Part shown: positions 21,120 to 30,928 of the stretch, in pieces | Layout: every line of letters begins with the position of its first letter | Position numbering within the stretch: position 1 is the first letter of the stretch | Assembly (NCBI GenBank): GCA_964572875.1 | Contig: CAZNGE010000001.1 | Location: 24,834 to 88,833, forward strand | DNA length: 64,000 nucleotides | Reading direction: 5' to 3' | Source: an uncultured Methanosarcinales archaeon | Lineage (GTDB): Archaea; Nanobdellota; Nanobdellia; Woesearchaeales; UBA11576 | The notes under the pieces: model-generated | What the model saw: the letters and a program-made list of their open reading frames with translations, nothing else | Database searches by the model: none | Told to the model about the DNA's origin: nothing | Made by a program: the position numbers and the translations under genes

Positions 21120-21437
21120 ATGATGAAGAAGAGTGCAAAAAACAAAGAGGAGAGCGCTAAGCGCGTATCATCTAAGAAGGAGGAGATATCCCCTGAGAAA
21201 TATTTCATACTCAAGGACGGGACCCATATCAAGAGCATAAAGGAGCTTGCCATGATGATGGACAGCATGAGCGATGACAGCTTCAGCTTCCACGTCAATG
21301 AGGAGAAGAATGATTTCGCCAACTGGATAAGGGACGTGTTCGGCAAAGAGGATCTTGCTGACTCATTGCTTGCGCTGAAGTGCAGGAAGGAGAACCAGAT
21401 AGCGCTGCTCAAGCATGCGCTGCACGACAGGATATAG
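21120..21437 (+). CDS. Hypothetical basic protein sharing a novel approximately 65-aa domain with the next gene (paralog A)
   Basis: Strong SD GGAGGGAGG before ATG 21120. Domain YFILKDGTHIKSIKEL...FHVNEEKNDFANWIRDV is shared with 21493..22356. Confidence 0.5.
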   Translation: MMKKSAKNKEESAKRVSSKKEEISPEKYFILKDGTHIKSIKELAMMMDSMSDDSFSFHVNEEKNDFANWIRDVFGKEDLADSLLALKCRKENQIALLKHALHDRI

Positions 21438-21492
21438 GATCAATAATATCAGTGATGATATGGAAAAGATAGAGGCAAACAAGGTGCTATAG

Positions 21493-22356
21493 ATGGACGA
21501 CAAGATGACGCTTATGGACGTGGAGAACCTGCTCAAGGATGTGCATCCTGAAAGGGCTTTCGTGCTCAAGGACGGATCCTCGATAAAGAACCTGCAGGAG
21601 CTGTACTCAGTCTTGCAGGGTATGGAGTCGCACGTATTTGAACATCACGTGAATGAGGAGAGGAACGACTTCGGCAACTGGGTGAAGGACGTGCACAAGG
21701 ACTACAGGCTCGCGAACAGCCTGTTCTCTGCAGGCACTAAAGACGAAGCAGTGAAGGCTATAGGCAGCAGGATATACGAGATAGAGAAGAAGATCAGGCC
21801 TGAGAAGAAGGTTGTTCCCGCGTTGCGGCAGAAGCAGCACAGCATGGTGGTTGTCGCACCTCAGAAAGCCGGGCCTGCGCCTGTGAAAGCTGTGGACCTG
21901 CCGGCCAAGGAGGAGAATCCTGTGCTCGAGGACGCAGGAGAACTCGAGAAGAAGGTCATCGTCGAGGCAAAGATAGAGAAGAAGATTGAGAGCAAGTCAG
22001 CAGCCATCAGCGAGGAAGGCGTGTCGAGGAGACTGCCTGACAAGGATGACCCTTGTGAAGAGCTGATAAAGTTCGCAGAGGAGAAAGGATTCGCAGGCAG
22101 GCTTATAGGCGAAGTGACCAGCGTATTCACGCGCCCCGACATCAGGGGTTTCGCCAGTGATATGAAGAAGGTGTTCGCATCGGGAAGCGAAGCTGATGAC
22201 AGCGTCATGGCAGATGGTGCGGATCAGGAAGATGATGATGAAAGCAGCGGGCCGGAACTGTCTGGCGCAGCCGCAGTCAAAGCGATCAAGGCATCTCAGG
22301 GCGATGATGACAAGAAAGATGAGATCTTGTCCTATCTGAAGAAGGTGTACAGATGA
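21493..22356 (+). CDS. Hypothetical protein, paralog B: conserved N-terminal domain plus long acidic predicted-disordered tail, coupled to the MinD-like ATPase
   Basis: AFVLKDGSSIKNLQEL...HHVNEERNDFGNWVKDV domain. Roughly 180 aa D/E-rich tail. Stop overlaps the MinD start (ATGA). Confidence 0.55.
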   Translation: MDDKMTLMDVENLLKDVHPERAFVLKDGSSIKNLQELYSVLQGMESHVFEHHVNEERNDFGNWVKDVHKDYRLANSLFSAGTKDEAVKAIGSRIYEIEKKIRPEKKVVPALRQKQHSMVVVAPQKAGPAPVKAVDLPAKEENPVLEDAGELEKKVIVEAKIEKKIESKSAAISEEGVSRRLPDKDDPCEELIKFAEEKGFAGRLIGEVTSVFTRPDIRGFASDMKKVFASGSEADDSVMADGADQEDDDESSGPELSGAAAVKAIKASQGDDDKKDEILSYLKKVYR

Positions 22357-23138
22357 GCGGCGCAAGAAAGGATTGCAGGGTCATAGGCGTCATCTCCATA
22401 AAGGGTGGAGTGGGCAAGACTACAGTTGTGTCTAATCTCGGCGCAGTGCTTGCCGGCCAGTTCGGCAAGAAGGTGCTGCTCGTGGACGGAAACATGACAG
22501 CGCCCAACCTGGGACTGCACCTGGGGGTCCTGGATTCAGACAAGACCCTGCACGACGTGATATATGACCACGCACCCATAAACGATGCGGTGCTGACATC
22601 AAGCTATGGATTCGATGTCCTGCCGAGCGCATTGGCTCCGAGGAAGAGCCAGCAGAAGCGCATAAACCCGTACAAGCTGCACAACAGGCTCCTGCGAATA
22701 AGGGGTGATTATGATTTCATAGTGATTGACTCGTCGCCGAACCTTAATGATGAGATGCTGTCCGCGATGATAGCCTCAGACGAGCTGGTGGTCGTGACGA
22801 GCCCTGACTACCCGACGCTGAGCTGCACCATGCACGCCATCAAGGTGGCCAAGGAGAGGAAGACACCTATCAAAGGCCTGGTGCTGAACAAGGTGCGGAA
22901 CAGGAGTTTTGAGCTTTCAGTCAAGGACATAGAGGCTGCGACAGGGGTGCCCGTGCTCTCGGTCATAGATGACGACGTGAAGGTGCTGGAAGCGCTCTCG
23001 AAGACGACTCCTGCCTCGCTTGCTGCGCCGAAGAAGGACTTTTCGGTCGCGTACTGCTCTCTCGCAGCGAAGCTTGCAGGCGAGGAATACAGGGACCCGC
23101 GATTCATGTCGAGAGTGGCGTCCATCTTCAGAAGATAG
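22353..23138 (+). CDS. MinD/ParA-family P-loop ATPase (deviant Walker A)
   Basis: GVISIKGGVGKTTVVSNLG (KGGxGKT) motif. 261 aa. Confidence 0.85.
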   Translation: MSGARKDCRVIGVISIKGGVGKTTVVSNLGAVLAGQFGKKVLLVDGNMTAPNLGLHLGVLDSDKTLHDVIYDHAPINDAVLTSSYGFDVLPSALAPRKSQQKRINPYKLHNRLLRIRGDYDFIVIDSSPNLNDEMLSAMIASDELVVVTSPDYPTLSCTMHAIKVAKERKTPIKGLVLNKVRNRSFELSVKDIEAATGVPVLSVIDDDVKVLEALSKTTPASLAAPKKDFSVAYCSLAAKLAGEEYRDPRFMSRVASIFRR

Positions 23139-23200
23139 GATATCATAGGATCATAGTCTCAACTCAGAAAGAAAAGTACTCATCTGTATCCGTTGGGGGA

Positions 23201-25042
23201 ATGATTTTGGAAGAAAAAAGAGGTGAACATAGAGAACCTAAGGCAGATTTCCTGTTCGAGGTATCCTGGGAAGTATGCAACAAGGTCGGCGGCATAAACA
23301 CGGTCATAAAGAGCAAGATACCGCAGACAGTCAGCAGGTACGGGGACAAGTACTGCCTTGTAGGGCCCTATTTCCATGACAAGGTCAAGGGCGAGTTCGA
23401 GGAGCTCGTGCTGCCCGAAGAGTACAGGGAAGGCAGCGAGGCGCTGAAGGGCATAGGCATAGTGCCCCACTACGGCAAGTGGCTCACAGAAGGGTCTCCC
23501 AACACTCTGCTTCTTGATTTCCAGCCGTTCTTTGAGAGGAAAGATGAGGTGAAGAAGAAGCTGTGGGACATGTACAAGATAGATTCGCTCAACTCCTCGA
23601 ACGAGTTCGACGAGCCCGCCGTGTGGGGCTGGGCCGTCGGGATAATAATCGAGAGTTTCTTCAATAGGTACAACGCGGAATGGAAGATTGCCACCGTGTT
23701 CCACGAGTGGCTTTCAGGCGCAGGGATACTCTACCTGAAATCCCAGAAGTGCAGGATAGCAACTATATTCATAACGCACGCCACTGTCATGGGCAGGTGC
23801 CTGGCGAATGCAGGAGTGGACCTGTACCAGCGTGACGGAGAGGACAAGCTCCTGCTCGATAGGATGGATTTCGATAAGGAGGCGTATGACCGCCACATGC
23901 AATCGAAGCACCAGCTCGAGAAAGCCAGCGCAAACGCCACGGATGTCTTCGCGACGGTCTCGGAGATAACCGGGATGGAGGCAGAGCACGTGCTGAGGAA
24001 GAAGCCGGACCTGCTTGTGCCGAACGGCCTCAACCTTGACGATTTCCCGACGGTAGAGGAGAACTCAATCAAGCACAGGATATTCAGGGACAAGATATAC
24101 CATTTCCTGCTCTATTATTTCTTCCCTTACTACCACCTCGACATAGACAACACGCTGATCTACTTCATAGCGAGCAGGTACGAGATGAGGGACAAGGGCA
24201 TTGACATATTCATAAAGGCCTTGAGCAGGCTCAACCAGAAGCTCAAGGAGGAAAGGTCCAAGAAGAGCATCGTTACGTTCTTCTGGGTGCCTTCAGGAGT
24301 GAGAGGCGTCAAGCAGGAGATCGTAGAGAACAAGACCATGTTCAAGGATGTCGAGGACAGCCTGAAGGACAATTCAGAGCATGTCATGTGGCGCCTGCTG
24401 AGCACTTTCGTCGGCGACAAGCCGATAATAAAGGAGACCATATTCGACAAGGCGTTCCTGGCAGACATAAAGAAGAAAGTGATGAAGTTCAAGAGGGAAG
24501 AGACCGCACCTCCGATATGCACCCATGATCTCATAGACCATAATGATGAGATAACGCGCAGCCTCTCTGAGGAAGGCCTCCTGAACTCGAGAGAGGACAA
24601 GGTAAAGGTGATATTCTATCCGATATACCTGACAGGCGCTGACGGGCTTCTCGACCTGACATACTATGAGGCAATACAGGGCGCGCATCTCGGCGTGTTC
24701 CCCTCATTCTACGAGCCTTGGGGATACACCCCTCTGGAGGCAGGAGCGCTCGGGGTCGCATCGATAACGACAGACCTTGCGGGATTCGGGAAATACATTG
24801 AAGGGAAGACTGACGAGAAGTGTCTTGGCATCTGCGTCCTGAAGAGGCTGGGCAGGCCGGACGCGGAAGTGATAGACGCGCTGTATGACAGGTTATACAC
24901 GTACGCAGAGATGCCGAAGAAGAATCGTGTCGACAACAAGCTTGAGGCCAGGAAAATGGCCAGCCTTGCGGACTGGGACAGCCTGATACTGAATTACTTC
25001 AACGCTGAGGATATGGCTATAGACAGGGTATTCAGCGGATGA
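23201..25042 (+). CDS. Glycogen synthase, eukaryote-type (GT3 family)
   Basis: FLFEVSWEVCNKVGGINTVIKSK N-terminus (the LFEVAWEVANKVGGIYTV signature of GT3 glycogen synthases). 613 aa. Confidence 0.85.
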   Translation: MILEEKRGEHREPKADFLFEVSWEVCNKVGGINTVIKSKIPQTVSRYGDKYCLVGPYFHDKVKGEFEELVLPEEYREGSEALKGIGIVPHYGKWLTEGSPNTLLLDFQPFFERKDEVKKKLWDMYKIDSLNSSNEFDEPAVWGWAVGIIIESFFNRYNAEWKIATVFHEWLSGAGILYLKSQKCRIATIFITHATVMGRCLANAGVDLYQRDGEDKLLLDRMDFDKEAYDRHMQSKHQLEKASANATDVFATVSEITGMEAEHVLRKKPDLLVPNGLNLDDFPTVEENSIKHRIFRDKIYHFLLYYFFPYYHLDIDNTLIYFIASRYEMRDKGIDIFIKALSRLNQKLKEERSKKSIVTFFWVPSGVRGVKQEIVENKTMFKDVEDSLKDNSEHVMWRLLSTFVGDKPIIKETIFDKAFLADIKKKVMKFKREETAPPICTHDLIDHNDEITRSLSEEGLLNSREDKVKVIFYPIYLTGADGLLDLTYYEAIQGAHLGVFPSFYEPWGYTPLEAGALGVASITTDLAGFGKYIEGKTDEKCLGICVLKRLGRPDAEVIDALYDRLYTYAEMPKKNRVDNKLEARKMASLADWDSLILNYFNAEDMAIDRVFSG

Positions 25043-25070
25043 GGATATGTTTAGGTAAGGAGATGCTAAA

Positions 25071-26033
25071 ATGGAGCTGAGAAAAGATTACATCCTTGAC
25101 AGGTGGGTCATCATAGCCACCGGAAGAGGGAAGAGGCCCCACGAGTTCAAGACCGAGGATGACATATATGCTGATGATAAGGGTCCTGAGAAATGCTTCT
25201 TCTGCCCTGGCAACGAGTCCATGACCCCTCCTGAAATAGGCAGGGTGAAGGACGACAAGGGCGGATGGAAGCTGCGCTGGTTCGCGAACAAGTTCGCTGC
25301 TGTCGACAAGAGCGGCGACGCCAGTATCAAGACAGACAACAATTTCTTCACATACTCTGACGCATATGGGAACCATGAGGTCATTGTCGAGACTCCTGAC
25401 CACATGAAGCAGATGATAGACCTTAATGAAAAGGAGATAATGGACCTGCTGAAAGTATACGCACGTCGCATAGACGTGCTGATAAACGAGCCTAACATTA
25501 AGTACGTGTGCGTTTTCAAGAATGAAGGTAAGAAGGCAGGCACATCAATCGTGCATTCGCACAGCCAGCTGATATCGCTCAACACTGTGCCGACAGAGGT
25601 CACAGCGAAGATAGAGGCTGCAAAAAGGTTCCCTTCATGCCCTTACTGCGACATAATCAAGACAGAGGCAAAGGGCCACCGGCATGTCCACGAGGACGAC
25701 ACGACTGTGACGTTCACGCCTTACGCTTCAAGGTTCAACTTCGAGGTCTGGATATTCCCGAAGAACCATTACAAGACCCTGAGAGACTTCTCTGATGACG
25801 AGATGTTCGACCTTGCGGCTGCTATGAAACGGGTGCTGAAAAAGCTGAAGGACCTTAACGCCAACTTCAACATGGTGATGTACTATGCGCCCAAAGGCGA
25901 GGACCTGCACTTCCATATAGAGTTCCTGCCCCGCATCGCGACATGGGCAGGGTTTGAGCTGGAGTCAGGGGTCACGATCAACGTCGTGAGCCCTGAGGAC
26001 GCGGCCCTGTTTTATAAGGGCGAGCATAAATAA
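25071..26033 (+). CDS. Galactose-1-phosphate uridylyltransferase-family (GalT/HIT) nucleotidyltransferase
   Basis: CFFCPGNE zinc site and HSHSQ (HxHxQ) active site. 320 aa. Confidence 0.8.
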   Translation: MELRKDYILDRWVIIATGRGKRPHEFKTEDDIYADDKGPEKCFFCPGNESMTPPEIGRVKDDKGGWKLRWFANKFAAVDKSGDASIKTDNNFFTYSDAYGNHEVIVETPDHMKQMIDLNEKEIMDLLKVYARRIDVLINEPNIKYVCVFKNEGKKAGTSIVHSHSQLISLNTVPTEVTAKIEAAKRFPSCPYCDIIKTEAKGHRHVHEDDTTVTFTPYASRFNFEVWIFPKNHYKTLRDFSDDEMFDLAAAMKRVLKKLKDLNANFNMVMYYAPKGEDLHFHIEFLPRIATWAGFELESGVTINVVSPEDAALFYKGEHK

Positions 26034-26071
26034 TAAAAATCCCCCACACCCAGCCAATACTGGTGATAATC

Positions 26072-27448
26072 ATGACGGTGAACGAAAAGATATTCAAAGC
26101 TTATGATATACGGGCAGTTTATCCTGATGAGATAGACGAGGATGCAGCATACATCATAGGACGGGCGTTCGTGACATTCCTTGGCTGTAAGGAAGTTGTT
26201 GTGGGCCAGGACATGCGCAGCAGCTCCCCTTCGCTTTTCGATGCCCTCGCCAGAGGGATAACTGACCAGGGAGCCGATGTCATAGACATAGGGAAGAGCA
26301 GCACCCCTTTCTTCTACTTCGGTACTGCAGGCCACGAGGCAGGTATCATGGTCACTGCTTCCCACAATCCCGCCAAGTACAACGGCTTCAAGATGTGCAG
26401 GGACGGCACAGTGCCTATCGGAGGGGACAGCGGCATGCAGGAGATAAAGGCCCTTGCGGTTGCTGGCGGGTTCAAGGATACTGAAACAAAGGGAAGCATC
26501 AGAAAGAAAGACATAACAGATGATTTCATCACGCACAACCTCAAGTTCCTGGACAGCAGCTTGTCAGGAAAGAATCTGAAGATAGTGGTCGATACCGGCA
26601 ACGGCATGGGAGGCTACACATTCCCGAAGGTATTCGAGAGGGTCGAGAACATAGAGGTTGTCCCTCTCTACTTTGACGTAGACATGACATTCCCTAACCA
26701 CGAGGCGAACCCGATAAAGCCTGAGAACGTGAAGGACCTCCAGGAAGCTGTCATCAGTAACAATGCTGACTTCGGCGCTGCGATAGACGGTGACTGCGAC
26801 AGGTGCTTCTTCGTGGATGAGAAAGGGGATGTAGTCACTGCTGACCTTATAACAGCCCTGCTCGCGAAAGAGCTTCTCAAGGACAATCCCGGAGCAAGGA
26901 TACTCTATGATCTCAGGTCAAGCTGGGCCACAAAGGAGGTCATCGAGGAGAACGGCGGAAAGCCGGGCATGTGCCGCGTCGGCCACGCGTTCATAAAGAA
27001 GCAGATGAGGGAAGAGGACGCCCTGTTCGCAGGAGAGCTATCAGGTCATCTCTATTACCGGGACTCATTCGTCACAGAGAGCTCGATAATATCCACTCTG
27101 CTTATAATCAACCTGATACGAAAAGAGGGCAAGGCATTGTCCGAGCTCGTAAAGCCGATAAAGAGGTATTTTCCCAGCGGAGAGATAAATTCAGAGGTCG
27201 GGGACAAGGAAGGCAAGATGAAGGAGCTCGAGGGGATGTTCAGGGCGGAGGCGAAGGTCACTTCGCATCTCGACGGGATAAAGCTTGAGTTCGACGATTG
27301 GTGGTTCAATGTGCGCGCCTCGAACACAGAGCCCCTGCTGAGGCTGAACCTCGAGGCCAAGACGGAAAAGAGGATGGAGGAGATGCGTGACAGGATCGTC
27401 GCGATAATCCGCAGAAAAAGAGATGAAGATATCACACAAGCTTCCTAG
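26072..27448 (+). CDS. Phosphoglucomutase/phosphomannomutase (alpha-D-phosphohexomutase)
   Basis: TASHNPAKYNGFK phosphoserine loop, GDCDR and GELSGH motifs. ATG 26072 with GGTGAT RBS. Track start 26063 is GTG. Confidence 0.88.
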   Translation: MTVNEKIFKAYDIRAVYPDEIDEDAAYIIGRAFVTFLGCKEVVVGQDMRSSSPSLFDALARGITDQGADVIDIGKSSTPFFYFGTAGHEAGIMVTASHNPAKYNGFKMCRDGTVPIGGDSGMQEIKALAVAGGFKDTETKGSIRKKDITDDFITHNLKFLDSSLSGKNLKIVVDTGNGMGGYTFPKVFERVENIEVVPLYFDVDMTFPNHEANPIKPENVKDLQEAVISNNADFGAAIDGDCDRCFFVDEKGDVVTADLITALLAKELLKDNPGARILYDLRSSWATKEVIEENGGKPGMCRVGHAFIKKQMREEDALFAGELSGHLYYRDSFVTESSIISTLLIINLIRKEGKALSELVKPIKRYFPSGEINSEVGDKEGKMKELEGMFRAEAKVTSHLDGIKLEFDDWWFNVRASNTEPLLRLNLEAKTEKRMEEMRDRIVAIIRRKRDEDITQAS

Positions 27449-29252
27449 ACTGGGCATAAGCAGGGACGGCTGCGACGCGGATGTCTGCGTCCTTGCGAAT
27501 AATCTGGGCAGTTTCCTTTTCTTATCTCCTTCATCGATATCCAAGTTCAACGGTTTCTTCACGAACTACGGGCTTAAGCTGTACAAGACGGTGCAGAACA
27601 TAGGTCTTCTCGACCAGGCGCCTGTCGAGATGGAGAACAGCCTGACGGCGATAAGCAGGAGGTATCCTGGAAACTCTGAAAGGATAGTATGCCCTGACAG
27701 CATACAGGGCTTGATATACACCTTGTCCAAGAAAGGGAGCATATTCATGGACTTCGACTTCCGCAAGATGGATGACATGAGGTCGTTCGGGAGGATATAT
27801 GAGGTAACGCAGGAAGACGGCAGGATACTGGTCGAATTCACCAAGATGACCGACGAGAGGGAGGACAGCACAGACGGGGTCGCTGAGTTCAGCTTCTTTG
27901 CGGCGATACAGCCTAAGGGGTTCAGCCCACAGACAGACTATAAGTTCATAGACTATTGGCTTGAGAGCGATTACAGGTATGACAGGGAGAGGAAAGACCC
28001 TCCTGACAGGAGATATGTCTACAGGCCTTTCATGATAAAGGCGAAGCAGCTCCTGATCGGCGTCGGCAAGACAAAGGCGGATGCGATTGCAGAGCTCGAT
28101 AAACTGAAGAAGTTCAAGGCAGGAAAGAAGGATTATAAGACGATAGACAAGAAGAAGGATGCTGAGGCCGCTGCCGCTTTCATCTGCGCCCAGGAGTCGC
28201 TTGAGAAGATGAAGTCAGAGGACATCGACGGCACGACGAGGCTGTACGCAGGCTATCCCTGGTTCTTCCAGTTCTGGTCAAGGGATGAGAACGTTTCCCT
28301 TGGCGCGCTCATGAAGCTGAAGCAGTTCAGGACAGTGAAGGGCATACTTTTCAAGTACCTTAAGAACATCGGCAAGGACGGCAGGCTCGCCAACCGCGTG
28401 CCATCGTCGCATCTCGGCTCTGCAGACGGTGTGGGGTGGTTCTGGAAACGTATCGGAGATTTCATCGCAGCACTCAAGGAGCTGCACCTGCGCGAGAAAT
28501 ACCTGTCGCCCAAGGAGATGAAGGACATAAGGGACTCTCTGGCGGACTCGATAAGAAAGATAGAGAAGAACTACAAGTCAGGCGGTCTCATAACGAACAA
28601 GGACAATGAGACCTGGATGGACACCGACCCTGGCGGCCAGGACCCGCGCGACGGGAAGAGGATCGAGGTGCAGGCCCTGCATCTCAACATGCTCAGGCTG
28701 ATGCATGAGCTCAGCGGCGACATGAGATACAAGACAAAGGAGACGAAGATGAGGAAGGAAGTGATAAAGGGCTTCTGGAACGGGAAGCTGATAGCTGACG
28801 GTGTGGATGATTATACTATAAGGCCGAATATTTTCATAGCGTATTACGTTTATCCTGACCTGCTCCCGAGGAGAGAGTGGCAGACATGCTTTGAGAACGC
28901 ACTGAAGAAGATCTGGCTGGACTGGGGTGGCCTTTCATCCATAGACAAGGGCAATCCCCTCTTCACGCCGGAATATACAGGAATGGATGACAGGAGCTAT
29001 CACCGCGGGGACTCATGGTACTGGATAAACAACCTTGCTGCGATATGCATGTTCAGGAACAATGCTATTGAGTTTGAAGGAAGGATAAAACAGATAATCA
29101 AGGCAAGCTCTGAGGAGATACTCTGGCACGGCGCGATAGGGGACCATGCAGAGATAAGCTCTGCCTCGCATCTTTCGTCGAAAGGGTGCTTTGCGCAGGC
29201 ATGGAGCGCTGCCATTTTCATTGAGCTGATGATGGAGACGATGGGAGGATGA
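27423..29252 (+). CDS. Glycogen debranching enzyme / amylo-alpha-1,6-glucosidase family (GDE C-terminal (alpha/alpha)6 domain)
   Basis: GYPWFFQFWSRDENVSLGAL (the GYPWF..GRDT-type motif of this family) and C-terminal GDSWYWINNL. 5' end overlaps pgm by 26 nt, so the true start is uncertain. Confidence 0.72.
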   Translation: MKISHKLPRLGISRDGCDADVCVLANNLGSFLFLSPSSISKFNGFFTNYGLKLYKTVQNIGLLDQAPVEMENSLTAISRRYPGNSERIVCPDSIQGLIYTLSKKGSIFMDFDFRKMDDMRSFGRIYEVTQEDGRILVEFTKMTDEREDSTDGVAEFSFFAAIQPKGFSPQTDYKFIDYWLESDYRYDRERKDPPDRRYVYRPFMIKAKQLLIGVGKTKADAIAELDKLKKFKAGKKDYKTIDKKKDAEAAAAFICAQESLEKMKSEDIDGTTRLYAGYPWFFQFWSRDENVSLGALMKLKQFRTVKGILFKYLKNIGKDGRLANRVPSSHLGSADGVGWFWKRIGDFIAALKELHLREKYLSPKEMKDIRDSLADSIRKIEKNYKSGGLITNKDNETWMDTDPGGQDPRDGKRIEVQALHLNMLRLMHELSGDMRYKTKETKMRKEVIKGFWNGKLIADGVDDYTIRPNIFIAYYVYPDLLPRREWQTCFENALKKIWLDWGGLSSIDKGNPLFTPEYTGMDDRSYHRGDSWYWINNLAAICMFRNNAIEFEGRIKQIIKASSEEILWHGAIGDHAEISSASHLSSKGCFAQAWSAAIFIELMMETMGG

Positions 29253-30145
29253 AACAGGACGATAACATGGAATACGCGATAGCTTTGGATGTCGGGGGAA
29301 GCAAGATGACCACCTGCCTCGTGGACGAGACAGGGAAGATAATCGACGGTGAGCGCCGGCTGACCGATGCCCCTGAAGGCAGGAGGAAGGTGCTGTTAAA
29401 CATAATATCAGAGATAAAGAAGATGATGGACAAGCACAAGGACATCAGCGTGAAAGGGATAGGCATAGGCATGCCAGGATTCATAGACAGCAAAGGGAAA
29501 GTGGTGTTCATGCCCAATGTTCCGCTTGTCGGGTTCAACATAGTGAATAAGCTCAATAAGAGGTTCAAGTGCCCCGTTGCTGTAGAAAATGACGCGAACT
29601 GCTTTGCGCTCGGTGAATACTCTTTCGGCAGGCACAAGTCAAAGGTCCTGCTCGGCCTCATAGTAGGCACAGGCGTGGGCTGCGGGATAGTATCAAACGG
29701 AAAGCTGATATCAGGTTGCGGAGGCGGCGCAGGGGAGATAGGCCACAACCTGCTTGACAATTCCACAGATAAGCTTGTTGTCAAGAAGAATGATTTCGAG
29801 TCTGTGTGCTCAGGCCCTAACATCAGCAGGCGGTACTCTGAAGCAGGAGGAAAAGACACTATCCCGAAACAGGTATTCGCGGCAAAGGATCATGCAGCTA
29901 GGAAGGTGATAGATGATGAGTACAACTGTCTGGGCAAGTTGTTGGGATCCATGGTCAATACACTGAACCCGGACACCATAGTCCTGGGAGGCAGCGTGAG
30001 CAAGTCGCTGAAACCAGGACGGCTAAGGAAGGAGATCGTGAAATACTCCATACCTTTCTCTGCAAAGCTGGTCAAGGTCAAGCAGAGCAGGCTTGATGAC
30101 ATAGCCGGTGTGCTTGGCGCTGCAGCCTTGATATTCGAGCAGTAG
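29249..30145 (+). CDS. ROK-family sugar kinase (glucokinase-like)
   Basis: ALDVGGSKMT N-terminal ATP motif and GxGxGxG plus CxCGxxGC ROK zinc motif (CSGPN..). Start 29249 or 29267. Confidence 0.8.
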   Translation: MKQDDNMEYAIALDVGGSKMTTCLVDETGKIIDGERRLTDAPEGRRKVLLNIISEIKKMMDKHKDISVKGIGIGMPGFIDSKGKVVFMPNVPLVGFNIVNKLNKRFKCPVAVENDANCFALGEYSFGRHKSKVLLGLIVGTGVGCGIVSNGKLISGCGGGAGEIGHNLLDNSTDKLVVKKNDFESVCSGPNISRRYSEAGGKDTIPKQVFAAKDHAARKVIDDEYNCLGKLLGSMVNTLNPDTIVLGGSVSKSLKPGRLRKEIVKYSIPFSAKLVKVKQSRLDDIAGVLGAAALIFEQ

Positions 30146-30295
30146 GGAGGCTCTAGAGCCATGATTCTGCAGTCTCATCTGCCAGGATTACCCATCCCCA
30201 GACCTTCTGTTACCACTTAACAGAGACAACAAAACGAAACATTTATATATTAGTTCTGAACCTTATATCATTAGTTGGTTGGAGGTGGCTGAGAG

Positions 30296-30928
30296 ATGTA
30301 CTTACCTGACAAGATAGAGAAAAGCATTTCTAGGCTGGAGAGGCTTGCTGATAAAGGCGGGTTTGATGACGATCTATATCTGAGTACAGCTGAGCAATGC
30401 AGCTACATTGATGGAGATGAGACAAAGAGGATGTACACTAGGATGCTCGACCTTCTTGTCGCGCTTTCAAGCTCTGTCAGGCTCGGATTTCATGATACTG
30501 CTGAAGGCATAAGGCTGCTTTACAATGCAGAGTGCGGCGGCAAGTTCAAGATAGACACCGATAGGGCGTTCTCAATCCTTGAAGAGGCGGCATTCACAGG
30601 AAAGTGGAGTGGAAGCCTGCAGGAGTGCATCACCAAGACCCTGAATCTGGATGACCATGCCAAGATGGATTACAGGACCAGGCGAAACAGGGACAGGATG
30701 CATGACCTGACAACAGCATATTCGCTGCTCCTCGCTTCAAAGGATGACAGCTCCCTGAACGCCAGGGCGCTGGTCGCGATGAGGGTGTATGTCGACAGCA
30801 ACCCCTCATCCAAGGATTTCCTTCCTGACGACCTGCGGGCAAGGGTGTTCCCTGAAGAGTTCATGAAGGCAAATGAAGGCAAACGACAGACAGAAAATAG
30901 TCTGAACAAAGATAGAGGTGCGCAATAA
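30296..30928 (+). CDS. Hypothetical protein
   Basis: GGAGGTG RBS. 210 aa. No recognisable motifs. Stop overlaps the start of the next gene. Confidence 0.45.
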   Translation: MYLPDKIEKSISRLERLADKGGFDDDLYLSTAEQCSYIDGDETKRMYTRMLDLLVALSSSVRLGFHDTAEGIRLLYNAECGGKFKIDTDRAFSILEEAAFTGKWSGSLQECITKTLNLDDHAKMDYRTRRNRDRMHDLTTAYSLLLASKDDSSLNARALVAMRVYVDSNPSSKDFLPDDLRARVFPEEFMKANEGKRQTENSLNKDRGAQ

